64,000 nucleotides of DNA from a virus (taxonomy: Duplodnaviria; Heunggongvirae; Uroviricota; Caudoviricetes): the IMG/VR virus record IMGVR_UViG_3300042009_000026, positions 160,001-224,000 of that record. The stretch is one strand, 5' to 3'. Every line of letters begins with the position of its first letter. The first letter of the stretch is position 1. Both the position numbers and the translations under genes were made by a program. Shown here piece by piece: positions 36,171 to 45,328 of the stretch. The notes beneath the pieces were generated by a model. That model did no database searches and was not told where the DNA came from. It was given only the letters and a program-made list of their open reading frames with translations.

Positions 36171-37798
36171 TGGACCCGAAGTTAATCGCAGGAATCAAAG
36201 CACGTATGCCAAGGATGAATCCTATCCTGGCGAATGGTATTGCAGTCGAGCAGATGATGACTATCGATGAAGATACCGGCATCAACTATACCCGTCGTGA
36301 GATTGATCGCATCATGGGAATCAATGCCAACATCTGGCCAGCTGATTTCAAGTATGTCGGTAATACACTGGTAACTCCTTGGAAACACTTCGATGAGATT
36401 ACCCGTGAGTATGGCTCTAAGCGGATAGCCAACATCGCGAAGTCGACCACCTACATGGTGAACCTAAACTTCACGTATAAAGGCGAACCACTGTTTCCTC
36501 GTCCATTGCTGTTGCCATCGATTCAAGATGGTGGTATCGTAACACTCAACGGTGCGAACTATACCGTATCTCCAGTATCTAAAGACGTAGCGTTCTCTGT
36601 ATTGAACGGTAGCATCTTTATCCCACTCCGCAGAACCAAGCTGACCTTCAAGCAGAAGTCTCACCACTATTACTGCAATGGTCATCGAAAGATCATGTAT
36701 GTGATCTGGTCTCAGATTCACAACGAGATGGGTAAACGCACTAAGAAGGATTATGATAAGCGTGAGCGAATCGAATCCAGTTTGGCACAATATTTCTTCG
36801 CACAATTCGGCGTAACGGAAACGTTCAAACGCTGGGCAGGTGCAGATGTGCAGGTAGGTTATCTGAAAGACTTCCCTGAATCGCAATACCCACGTGATCA
36901 ATGGAACGTATATCAATCTGCCACGCTTACAGGAGCTCACCCGACGGGTGATCATGTCCTGGTCGTCCCAGCCCATCAGGAAACTGATCTGGTGAAACGA
37001 TTGGTTGCAGGATTCTGGTATGTAGTCGATACATTCCCTAACCGGTTTGTGGAACCGCACTACGCTGATTCTATCGATCTCTGGCGCATCATCCTGGGCC
37101 ACATGGTTTTCGGTGACTTCGAACACCAAGGTAAAGTGGCAGAGAACATCAAGTCCCACATGTATTCTCTGGAAACAACTCTCGATGAGATGACCATGGA
37201 AGAGCTCCACTCTGTTGGTATCAAAGCCAATAACATCTGGGAACTGTTCCATTCCATCATGACTGATATGGCTCACCACTTGTATGCTTCGGATATCGAT
37301 GAAACGTCGATGTATAACAAGCGACTCACGGTACTGCCATATGTGATGGAAGACTTCAACTATGCGGTATCCATGTTCTCGTATATGTTCCAAGGTCGTC
37401 GGGATAAAACCGAATGGTCTCTACAAGAACTGAATGATGGCCTGAAGCGTTCGTTTAAACTGAACACAGCCATCCGTAAGCTCACCTCTGAACACGGTGA
37501 ATTGGATACCCTGTCGATGCCAGGCTCCAACAAAGTAATTCGTTGTACCTCTATCCTAGTTCCTCAGGATCGTGCGAAGTCTGCTCTGGCTCACAACAAG
37601 TCATTGCTGGCGGATAACTCTCGATTGTTGAACGCATCTATTGCTGAAGTGTGCCAGTATCGAAATCAACCGAAGAACAACCCAGATGGTCGTGGGCGTC
37701 TAAATCTGTTCGCTAAGTTCCGTCATGACGGATTGATCGAACGACGTGATGAAGTAAGAGAACGTATCGACGCAGCACAAGCTCGCTTCAGTCGATAA
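36170..37798 (+). CDS. Non-virion RNA polymerase beta subunit, N-terminal part (phiKZ gp123-like)
   Basis: GTG start after GGGAG. PLLLPSIQDGGIVTLNGANYTVS resembles the RNAP beta G.FIING.ERV region; NPDGRGRLN; position matches gp123. Confidence 0.8.
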   Translation: MDPKLIAGIKARMPRMNPILANGIAVEQMMTIDEDTGINYTRREIDRIMGINANIWPADFKYVGNTLVTPWKHFDEITREYGSKRIANIAKSTTYMVNLNFTYKGEPLFPRPLLLPSIQDGGIVTLNGANYTVSPVSKDVAFSVLNGSIFIPLRRTKLTFKQKSHHYYCNGHRKIMYVIWSQIHNEMGKRTKKDYDKRERIESSLAQYFFAQFGVTETFKRWAGADVQVGYLKDFPESQYPRDQWNVYQSATLTGAHPTGDHVLVVPAHQETDLVKRLVAGFWYVVDTFPNRFVEPHYADSIDLWRIILGHMVFGDFEHQGKVAENIKSHMYSLETTLDEMTMEELHSVGIKANNIWELFHSIMTDMAHHLYASDIDETSMYNKRLTVLPYVMEDFNYAVSMFSYMFQGRRDKTEWSLQELNDGLKRSFKLNTAIRKLTSEHGELDTLSMPGSNKVIRCTSILVPQDRAKSALAHNKSLLADNSRLLNASIAEVCQYRNQPKNNPDGRGRLNLFAKFRHDGLIERRDEVRERIDAAQARFSR

Positions 37799-37809
37799 AA
37801 TCTCAGATC

Positions 37810-37817
37810 TACATTAC
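37810..37817 (+). promoter_or_regulatory. Possible early promoter variant
   Basis: TACATTAC, one mismatch to consensus, intergenic. Confidence 0.45.
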
Positions 37818-37880
37818 TAGGATGAAGCTCACACAGAAGGGGTAAGCCCTAATTGCAAACATTCAAAAGGAAACAACTGC

Positions 37881-40055
37881 ATGTACCCGCAACAACAAAT
37901 GATGCAACAGCAACAGCACCAGCCGCAGTATTTGGCGAACATCTGCATCAACCAAGTGGATCAGTCTACATTCAATCCGAACTTGCCGAACGGAAATGAT
38001 TTGCCAATCCAGGTTCCTCAGTCCCAATGGCTGATGAATCCACAAGCACAACAATTGCTTGGTGTTGCCCTCGGTACATTCCGTCTGCGTCTGCAAGAAC
38101 GTGCAGCTCGTTCGCCACTGCATACTTGGGCATATAACCAGATCTCTCAGAACCGTTTCCAGAATCAGATCTGGCAACAATGGTCTGCTCATCTGGCTGG
38201 CTTCCTGGAATTCATCATGGTGGCCCAATCGCAGAACAATCCACCACAAGTGGCAGTTCCGAAAGCAGCAGATACCATGTTCAAATGCTATCTGTCGAAC
38301 TGTGTTGCAGCTCAACCGCAACTCGGTCAGTTCATTGCTCAAGACCAGGCTGCTATTGCAGACATCCAGAAGTATAGCCAGTTGTTCGGTGTGATCATGC
38401 AGGATATCCAGGCATATCGTTCCGGGCGTGCTATGGCTCCGCAACAGCAGATGATGGCTCAACAGCCACAAATGGCCATGATGAATAATGGCGTGATGGT
38501 TTCCATGGCTCAACCAGGCTATGGTCAACTTCCAGCAGTAGGTGTGAACATGAACTATGGTCAACCGCAAATGGCACAGCGTGCACCAATGCAGTTGTCT
38601 GCAATGGCAGTAGGTGCTCAACCACTGGGTGTACAGCCATCCATGGCAGTGCAGCCGTTGTCTGGAACTGGTAATACTGGTATGGACTATGGTATCCCAG
38701 CGGCAGAGCCTGTACCGGCTCCTATGCCAGTGGTACAACCACAACAACAGTCGACAGCACCATTGATGCCAGTTGAATCGTATGGTGAATCTGTGGCCCC
38801 TGTGACCACCCCTGTCGTGCATCAACCGGTGATGACCGTGGAAGAGCTGGATCGTCCGATTCCGATGTCTGCTAAAGATGTCATTCTCGATCCGCACTAT
38901 CACACCCCAGCTGGATTCGATGTTGATATGGAACGTCCATATGACATCATCCATTCCCCAGGCGGCATTGTAACTCGTCCGGCTTACCAAGTTCCCGATT
39001 GGACGGTAACTCGTAACGATACATTCGTCTATACCCAAATGGTCGATCCTTCCCGCTATATTCGTTTCTATACGAAGTGGCCTGATGGGATGGTCCAGGA
39101 AAGCATTGTCGAGATCAATGACATGATGAACTATCTGCAACACGAGATCGATGCCGATCTCCGTCAAGCGGCTACTCACCACAAAGGTGAAGTGCGTCGT
39201 ACTGCCCTGAAGATCCATACCGAGATCACCGACATGAAGCCGATCGCCGAAGTCAAAGAACTGCAACTGGCAGATGAATGCCAACCAGTTAAGATGTCTG
39301 TGGATTTCCAAGGCACCACTGACATGGAGAACGAAGTAGAGTCCCGTAAGGTTCTCCGCCAAGAACTCGGCCTGTCGAAAGAAGCTAAGCTGCCATCCCA
39401 TGAGTATAGCTCCACTCGTACTCACCTGATCGATATCGATCAAGATGGTTTCGATGCTTTGCTGGGTAGTCTGGATACCAACGATCTGCAACAAGTCGCC
39501 AAAGACTTCGCTCTGCACAATCGCCAAGGTCTGCTATCCGCTCGTGTCTATAACTTCATCAATCAGCGACTGACTCTGGAAACGAACTCGTTCCTGAAAG
39601 ATGCCATGTCCCTGGATGTGAACATCGATGACTTCATGAATGACATCGGTCCTCTGTTCGATCACCTGAACACTGAACTGAGCAATGGTCAGAAATATGT
39701 GAACCTGCTGAAAGAAGCAAGTTCTCTGATCCTGTCCCGTGCTGTGCAACTGTCTCGCACTGAAGACGAAGAAGGTGGTGACGTTACCTATTCGATCAAT
39801 GACACCTTCGTCAACCTACAAACTGGTTGGATGCTGGCTGACCTGACTGATGCCAAACTGAATACCGAAGCTCAATTGGTATCTGGTTATACGCATCTTG
39901 CTCTGATCGATGCGATCAAAGGCATGTATTCCCGTGCCTCTGCTGGTGAGCGTATCCTGCGTCGCTTCCGTGTCGTGACTCTGGATGGGGCTTATCTGGA
40001 AATCTTCAAAGGTGTCCTGGTTGATAAAGCGTTCATGTTCAAGCGTGTAGCGTAA
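37881..40055 (+). CDS. Conserved jumbo-phage protein with Q/M/P-rich low-complexity regions (phiKZ gp124-like by synteny)
   Basis: RBS AAGGA; PQQQMM occurs twice. Confidence 0.7.
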   Translation: MYPQQQMMQQQQHQPQYLANICINQVDQSTFNPNLPNGNDLPIQVPQSQWLMNPQAQQLLGVALGTFRLRLQERAARSPLHTWAYNQISQNRFQNQIWQQWSAHLAGFLEFIMVAQSQNNPPQVAVPKAADTMFKCYLSNCVAAQPQLGQFIAQDQAAIADIQKYSQLFGVIMQDIQAYRSGRAMAPQQQMMAQQPQMAMMNNGVMVSMAQPGYGQLPAVGVNMNYGQPQMAQRAPMQLSAMAVGAQPLGVQPSMAVQPLSGTGNTGMDYGIPAAEPVPAPMPVVQPQQQSTAPLMPVESYGESVAPVTTPVVHQPVMTVEELDRPIPMSAKDVILDPHYHTPAGFDVDMERPYDIIHSPGGIVTRPAYQVPDWTVTRNDTFVYTQMVDPSRYIRFYTKWPDGMVQESIVEINDMMNYLQHEIDADLRQAATHHKGEVRRTALKIHTEITDMKPIAEVKELQLADECQPVKMSVDFQGTTDMENEVESRKVLRQELGLSKEAKLPSHEYSSTRTHLIDIDQDGFDALLGSLDTNDLQQVAKDFALHNRQGLLSARVYNFINQRLTLETNSFLKDAMSLDVNIDDFMNDIGPLFDHLNTELSNGQKYVNLLKEASSLILSRAVQLSRTEDEEGGDVTYSINDTFVNLQTGWMLADLTDAKLNTEAQLVSGYTHLALIDAIKGMYSRASAGERILRRFRVVTLDGAYLEIFKGVLVDKAFMFKRVA

Positions 40056-40059
40056 TAGT

Positions 40060-40093
40060 CATAATGCCCTCACCTTTGGGTGAGGGTTCTATT
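40060..40093. terminator. CATA-hairpin terminator
   Basis: CATAAT-GCCCTCACC-TTTG-GGTGAGGGT-TCTATT. Confidence 0.75.
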
Positions 40094-40109
40094 CTGTTTG
40101 GAGCTGTTA

Positions 40110-40457
40110 ATGATTAGCAAATGTGTACGCAGTATCGACCGTGACAAAGGCCTGACTCTGGCAGACTGGCGTAAGTTCTTTGAAGCTATCCCAACACCAT
40201 GGGTTTACAAAGCCCATGAGGGCACACCTGAACGGATTATCAACACAGCAATGAATGCCAAGGCATACATCAGCAATGTTGTATTCCACGATGACCACTT
40301 CACTTACGATCTGAATCTCCTCGATGGTTTCAGTGAAACTGATCACTTGGAACATTTCATCGAACCAGTCTACGGGATCATTTTCCGTGGTGGTAAAGCA
40401 ATACAAGCCGAAATCAAATTCCTGGAGTTCTATCAAAGTGAAAGCGCTCGGGGATAA
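40110..40457 (+). CDS. Hypothetical protein, paralog A
   Basis: RBS GGAG, ATG 40110; YISNVVFHDDHFTY. Confidence 0.65.
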   Translation: MISKCVRSIDRDKGLTLADWRKFFEAIPTPWVYKAHEGTPERIINTAMNAKAYISNVVFHDDHFTYDLNLLDGFSETDHLEHFIEPVYGIIFRGGKAIQAEIKFLEFYQSESARG

Positions 40458-40845
40458 CCTTTACCAATTCGTATTGCCTTACAGTGATTATCCAGAAGGG
40501 TTCAAAGAACTCGTTAAGGATGAACGCGAATGGCAGAAGTGGGTCAGTGATGGCCCTAATCTATCCGAAGCGTACAACTACATCGATGGGAATAATGTCA
40601 TTGGCTTGATCAGTGATGTTAGTTTCCAGGAAGACACATTTACTTTCATCTATCAGGACATGCTACGTAATCCAGATATGATGGACCGCATGAAGTTCTA
40701 TGCACGTGCAGTAGTTGTCGCAAAGACCCCTGAAGAAATACCAAAGATGCACCAGTTGTTTTGTTTCGACTGCATGCCGTCAGAATGGCCAGATCCAATC
40801 CAACAATTCAAATTGAACAACATTGTTGACATGTGTCAACCCTAA
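40438..40845 (+). CDS. Hypothetical protein, paralog B
   Basis: GTG 40438 after GGAG; LISDVSFQEDTFTF. Confidence 0.6.
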   Translation: MKALGDNLYQFVLPYSDYPEGFKELVKDEREWQKWVSDGPNLSEAYNYIDGNNVIGLISDVSFQEDTFTFIYQDMLRNPDMMDRMKFYARAVVVAKTPEEIPKMHQLFCFDCMPSEWPDPIQQFKLNNIVDMCQP

Positions 40846-40863
40846 TTAAAAAGGAAAGCTACG

Positions 40864-41730
40864 ATGAACGCTATTGTTGTATGTGATGATGCCCTGGCAG
40901 AAGTGATGGATCAAGAAGCTAAGACTGCGCGTGATGTGCAGTACATTACTGGCAGTGGCCAAGTCGTAAAGCTTAAGGCTCCGTCGATTGAAGACATGCA
41001 GCAAATGCATGATAATCTTACCAATCAACATAATGCACTCGATCTCCATGGCACTGCCCAACCGGATCACTTTTCTCGGGAAGGTTTGCGTCAACGTGAA
41101 AACTTGCACAACGAGACTTACATGGAACAACTCATCAAACCGATGTTCCCAGATGACTTCCCAGAAGAACAGGTAACTGATACCAAGCATAAAGCTTTGG
41201 ATGAAGATGGCACTTACCACTACATTGCTATGGACGACCTGCCTTTGGTTGGCCGTACTGATGCTCCGTACAAAGTTGCTACCACTGGTGACTTGTACAA
41301 ATACGTCAGTGGTCAATACTTGACGTTCAACCCGTATGCTGAAGTTGGATTCCAGCTCTCTGTTCCGCGTGTAGTTATCGAAGATGATACTGCGCATATG
41401 CCTACTGGCGGTAAAGGACCTCTGTCGATCATCTACAATGTTCATGCACTGCGTCGTGATCTGTATATGAAAGGTGTGATGAACTGGACTTACATGGACA
41501 TGGTTCCGAAAGGTTTGATCGCCCCTTCTGATCAACTGGAGAAACAACGTTCGATCTATTTCCGTCATAGCCACAAAGCACTGGTGGAGCAACTCCGTAC
41601 ACAACTCCGGGTTCGTGGTGAACTCCAGAAGGAATATGTTAATGCTCTGTCTCGCATTGGTGTTGACGTCTGGTATGCTGATCACCAGTTCGGTTTCAAA
41701 GACGGTGAGTTTGTAGCAGTGTTTGCATAA
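40864..41730 (+). CDS. Hypothetical protein
   Basis: RBS AAGGA; 288 aa. Confidence 0.7.
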   Translation: MNAIVVCDDALAEVMDQEAKTARDVQYITGSGQVVKLKAPSIEDMQQMHDNLTNQHNALDLHGTAQPDHFSREGLRQRENLHNETYMEQLIKPMFPDDFPEEQVTDTKHKALDEDGTYHYIAMDDLPLVGRTDAPYKVATTGDLYKYVSGQYLTFNPYAEVGFQLSVPRVVIEDDTAHMPTGGKGPLSIIYNVHALRRDLYMKGVMNWTYMDMVPKGLIAPSDQLEKQRSIYFRHSHKALVEQLRTQLRVRGELQKEYVNALSRIGVDVWYADHQFGFKDGEFVAVFA

Positions 41731-41744
41731 ATCAACATACCGGA

Positions 41745-41799
41745 TAAGACGACATAATGGCTACCCTTCGGGGTAGCCTTATGCTGTATTTTTTTTTTT
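41745..41799. terminator. Bidirectional terminator at convergent junction
   Basis: TAAGACGACATAAT-GGCTACCC-TTCG-GGGTAGCC-TTATGC then long T-run. Confidence 0.85.
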
Positions 41800-41811
41800 G
41801 TTTCTTCGTGA

Positions 41812-42240
41812 CTAGAAATGCAGTGTAACTGGATAAGGAGGCAACCAATTGATTGCATTAATCCGAGGAGTTAATGTTACAGACGTAGCTGCTGGTAGAA
41901 TAGTACCAAAGAAGAAGTCTTCATCGTAAACAGCAATGTCATAAACACTACGAAGCATTTCTAATATTTCCGTAGTGTTAGCATAATCCCCAGGCTTACC
42001 CACTAGCTTAACATCCTTCAAAGCATCATCGATACGATAGCGATTATAATAAACCACTTGCGAACCTTTGATACGAGTAGAAGTGGTCTTAGCCTGTATG
42101 GTTACTCGAGCATTACAATCATTCTGCAACCATACACCCGCATTAACAAAGTCGACATCTTTAATTTGGATAGCAGGCACGATCCCATGTAATGCACTGA
42201 ACTCATTCAAGAGTTTTTCTTTTGTGTCCGGTAAATACAT
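41812..42240 (-). CDS. Virion structural protein (Y-x-R-L-D/N domain family)
   Basis: SQVVYYNRYRI; similar to the 42248 and 60484 proteins. Confidence 0.6.
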   Translation of the reverse strand: MYLPDTKEKLLNEFSALHGIVPAIQIKDVDFVNAGVWLQNDCNARVTIQAKTTSTRIKGSQVVYYNRYRIDDALKDVKLVGKPGDYANTTEILEMLRSVYDIAVYDEDFFFGTILPAATSVTLTPRINAINWLPPYPVTLHF

Positions 42241-42247
42241 GTTAACC

Positions 42248-43123
42248 TCAATCGTAGTGCAGACGTAAGAAGCCTGTCATGTTAGAAGATAGATCACTAA
42301 GTTCTAATACCACTACACGGTAGAACTCAGAACGAGAAGTCCACTTAGGGATAGTCGCCCCATTGTAGACAACCTTACAATGTGGTTCACCATCTACTAA
42401 AGAATGGACGATGTTGTTAACGGCAGGAACAGATTGGATTTGGAACTTGATACCCGATGCCTGGAATAAAGGATTCAGTAGTTGTTCTGGGTTATGATAC
42501 AACCCAACTGGAAGATCCTTAAGACTATCTCGCCAACGACTGAAGTCATAACCATTCGTGCAGTAGTTACCATTGATTTTGGCAGGATCAGGTCGAACCG
42601 TTACTTCAGGAAACTCATTCGGTTTAGTTGTCAACGTAGAGATGTCAATCTTAGACGTATTAGTTAAACGAACGCGCAAGAAACCAACAAACCGTAAGGA
42701 CTTGTCATCCGCCTGAATAATTATATCGTTATCACCTACAGCATTGAATCGATCGAAAGTTTGATGGATGAAGTCATCTGTCTCAAATACAATCTCATTA
42801 CGTTTACCAAGCTTAGTCAGAATATCAATCGTGCTAATGGGTAACGTTAAACCACGAATGTCAACAGCAAAGGTATTGCGGAAGAACTCAGTGCAATTCA
42901 GTCGATCATAAGTGAATACCGTTTCGGTAATCTCTGGCATCATGTTAACTGGATTAGTAGAACGGTTCGGAATGATTTCAATCTGAGTTAGCTTAGGACC
43001 CAACTTAACCAGTTCCTTTAACTTCACAATTCCAGGTTGGAGTTGGAAATTATATTTGTCATTGATCATGTCACAAATAGCTTGCCATGAACCTACCTTG
43101 AGGTAGTCGCGTGTGATATACAT
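42248..43123 (-). CDS. Virion structural protein (phiKZ gp127-like)
   Basis: FTYDRLNC motif; synteny. Confidence 0.6.
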   Translation of the reverse strand: MYITRDYLKVGSWQAICDMINDKYNFQLQPGIVKLKELVKLGPKLTQIEIIPNRSTNPVNMMPEITETVFTYDRLNCTEFFRNTFAVDIRGLTLPISTIDILTKLGKRNEIVFETDDFIHQTFDRFNAVGDNDIIIQADDKSLRFVGFLRVRLTNTSKIDISTLTTKPNEFPEVTVRPDPAKINGNYCTNGYDFSRWRDSLKDLPVGLYHNPEQLLNPLFQASGIKFQIQSVPAVNNIVHSLVDGEPHCKVVYNGATIPKWTSRSEFYRVVVLELSDLSSNMTGFLRLHYD

Positions 43124-45295
43124 TTAAACATCATCCATATCTGGGTAGTTGGGGTCGTCTGAGTTTTGGTATTGACCGAGGTGGTTATCTACTGGCGGAG
43201 CATCATCAGTAAAGAACTGTACCTTCATCAACCCTACGGATGGCATCTTGGTCTTAATGTGAGAAACAGCTAACGAAAGATCGTTAATATAAACCATCGG
43301 ATCAATCCTCCGATACAATGTACCATCAGCAGACAAATCGATATTAGGTAATACCTGAGCATCTGTAATTTTGGTCTTCATGTAACCAATCGATTTGTAA
43401 GCATGGACATTTATGGTATCCACCGTTGCTCGGAAGTAGGAGCCCATTGACGCTCTGTAATCACCTACCCGTACCGTTGGCATACCAATGACATGGAAGT
43501 TAGTGTAGGCGACGTTACGGAGGTACTGGAGAGGATAAGATGACAGACGTTTCATCAACCGCAACAGTTCCCGCTGAATTTCACCCAATGTGATCACTTT
43601 AAACAGATTCGCACCAGTTGCAATGTTAATGCAGTCTGTTACAAGTTGTTCATATTCGGAAACACGGAACCCACGAATGTCGATACCCTGAGGTAAGAAG
43701 TAATCATCAAATGAGATAGGGTCTTTTACCAGACGACATGTACGATTCATGTAATGTGCCTTAACAGCATTCTCACACATCGCTCGACCATCTTTATGTT
43801 CCTGTAGCGAATATAGTTCCCACAGACGTAAGTAAGACTTATGACACCGAGTAGCGTCTAAGTAAAACTGTTCTGTAGAAATGTAAGACGTCATCGGGAA
43901 TACACGGTCTTGGATAGCGGTCAATACGTTGTCCCCAACGATACGTGGAGACACGAATGTCTTCAGTTGATCCAATGTCGGGAGAGGATTACGCATTACT
44001 TCATACGCGACCATAGAAGGAATCATGGTGATATCAGATTCCAATACTTGGGCATAAGCGTAGAGCATCATGATGTATGCATCTTTGACAGACACCGTCA
44101 TAAGCTCACCAGTCCGTGGATTAGGGATCTGTACATAAGCACGATACTTACCACGAGAGGCTAAGTCTAACCATTCGTTCAACAGAACGTTCATGTGAGA
44201 ACGCACAGAAGAAGTAGACCGGTCGATTACTTCAGAGTCGAGGATCTTAGTAGGCAAAGTAGAGAACTGATCAGATTCGATTTGTTCGGTAATCTCTTTC
44301 TCTGCGTCAAAACGTACGAGTGGGTTATCACGAGCCAGTGGATCTTCTCGTTCGAGAACCTGCCCAACGGTAGCTTTATCTTGTCCTTCATGAACAACAG
44401 GAAAGTTAACATCCAGTTTGATAAGTTCAGCCGTTGGCTTTAGGTCACCAGGCATTGCGGAAGCGTTCTGCTTGATGTTATACCAGATTAACGGGATACC
44501 ACGAGGGGTAAGGATATTATCTACCAACCGTTGCCATGTAGATTCTTTACCCACGTTACGTTCGTACCAATTAACATCACGGTACAAATGAAGTTGTTGC
44601 CCTTTGTCGAGATAAGGCATGAACTCATCCAAACGAGAGTTCGAACCCAGCCATTCACGAATGAAGAAACTGTTAGCACGACGGGTCTTAGCATTACGCA
44701 AACGAATCAACATGATCGCTAGCGGAAGCTGCGTATAAAGAGAACCCAGGAAGCCTGCAAAGTACAGATCATCCGAGATGTTAAACTGTTCATTGTACCA
44801 GCGATTGTAAAATGACGTCACCCAGTCTTGAAGTTCGTGATCGAAGTTATCTTCGTTCTCTTCAACATACTTGGGGTCATAGTACAAAATCTCACCATTA
44901 TGTGAATCAATCGCACGATCGATGTCAATTGGGTAGATAACCCCATTGATCAAACCGACTTGGTCAGGAAACTGACGCACTAGGTTATTGTAATAAATAC
45001 TGCCTGGAACATACTCTCGGGCAGTTGCACGGTGAATTGCTAGATTATCCTTTGTGAAGTCTATCATTTCCAACGTGTCTATGGACCGCACTACCATTTT
45101 ACTGTCCGTCGAGTGATACTCGCCAGCCATGTTCATGTAGTACTTCCACGATTTAGGATCAAGCTCATCCGAGATGATACCTTCTTCCGCCAGCCGTTCA
45201 TTTAGAATAGTGGCTGCTGCATCGAATTTAATCACCACTGTACGGGCTAGGCGCATTGTATCGTTTCGGTAAACTTCGAAATAAACGTTGCTCAT
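43124..45295 (-). CDS. Virion structural protein, probable baseplate component (phiKZ gp128-like)
   Basis: 723 aa; WKYYMNMAGEYH motif; divergent from portal as in phiKZ. Confidence 0.65.
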   Translation of the reverse strand: MSNVYFEVYRNDTMRLARTVVIKFDAAATILNERLAEEGIISDELDPKSWKYYMNMAGEYHSTDSKMVVRSIDTLEMIDFTKDNLAIHRATAREYVPGSIYYNNLVRQFPDQVGLINGVIYPIDIDRAIDSHNGEILYYDPKYVEENEDNFDHELQDWVTSFYNRWYNEQFNISDDLYFAGFLGSLYTQLPLAIMLIRLRNAKTRRANSFFIREWLGSNSRLDEFMPYLDKGQQLHLYRDVNWYERNVGKESTWQRLVDNILTPRGIPLIWYNIKQNASAMPGDLKPTAELIKLDVNFPVVHEGQDKATVGQVLEREDPLARDNPLVRFDAEKEITEQIESDQFSTLPTKILDSEVIDRSTSSVRSHMNVLLNEWLDLASRGKYRAYVQIPNPRTGELMTVSVKDAYIMMLYAYAQVLESDITMIPSMVAYEVMRNPLPTLDQLKTFVSPRIVGDNVLTAIQDRVFPMTSYISTEQFYLDATRCHKSYLRLWELYSLQEHKDGRAMCENAVKAHYMNRTCRLVKDPISFDDYFLPQGIDIRGFRVSEYEQLVTDCINIATGANLFKVITLGEIQRELLRLMKRLSSYPLQYLRNVAYTNFHVIGMPTVRVGDYRASMGSYFRATVDTINVHAYKSIGYMKTKITDAQVLPNIDLSADGTLYRRIDPMVYINDLSLAVSHIKTKMPSVGLMKVQFFTDDAPPVDNHLGQYQNSDDPNYPDMDDV

Positions 45296-45328
45296 GCTTT
45301 TTACTCACTTGAATAATGGGAGCTTCTC

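Noticed and set aside
36464-37393. 309-aa antisense ORF in the nvRNAP gene
   Set aside because: Shadow ORF with no independent evidence.
37863-39527. 554-aa minus-strand ORF
   Set aside because: Antisense shadow of the 37881 gene; His/Leu-rich composition typical of codon-bias mirror frames.
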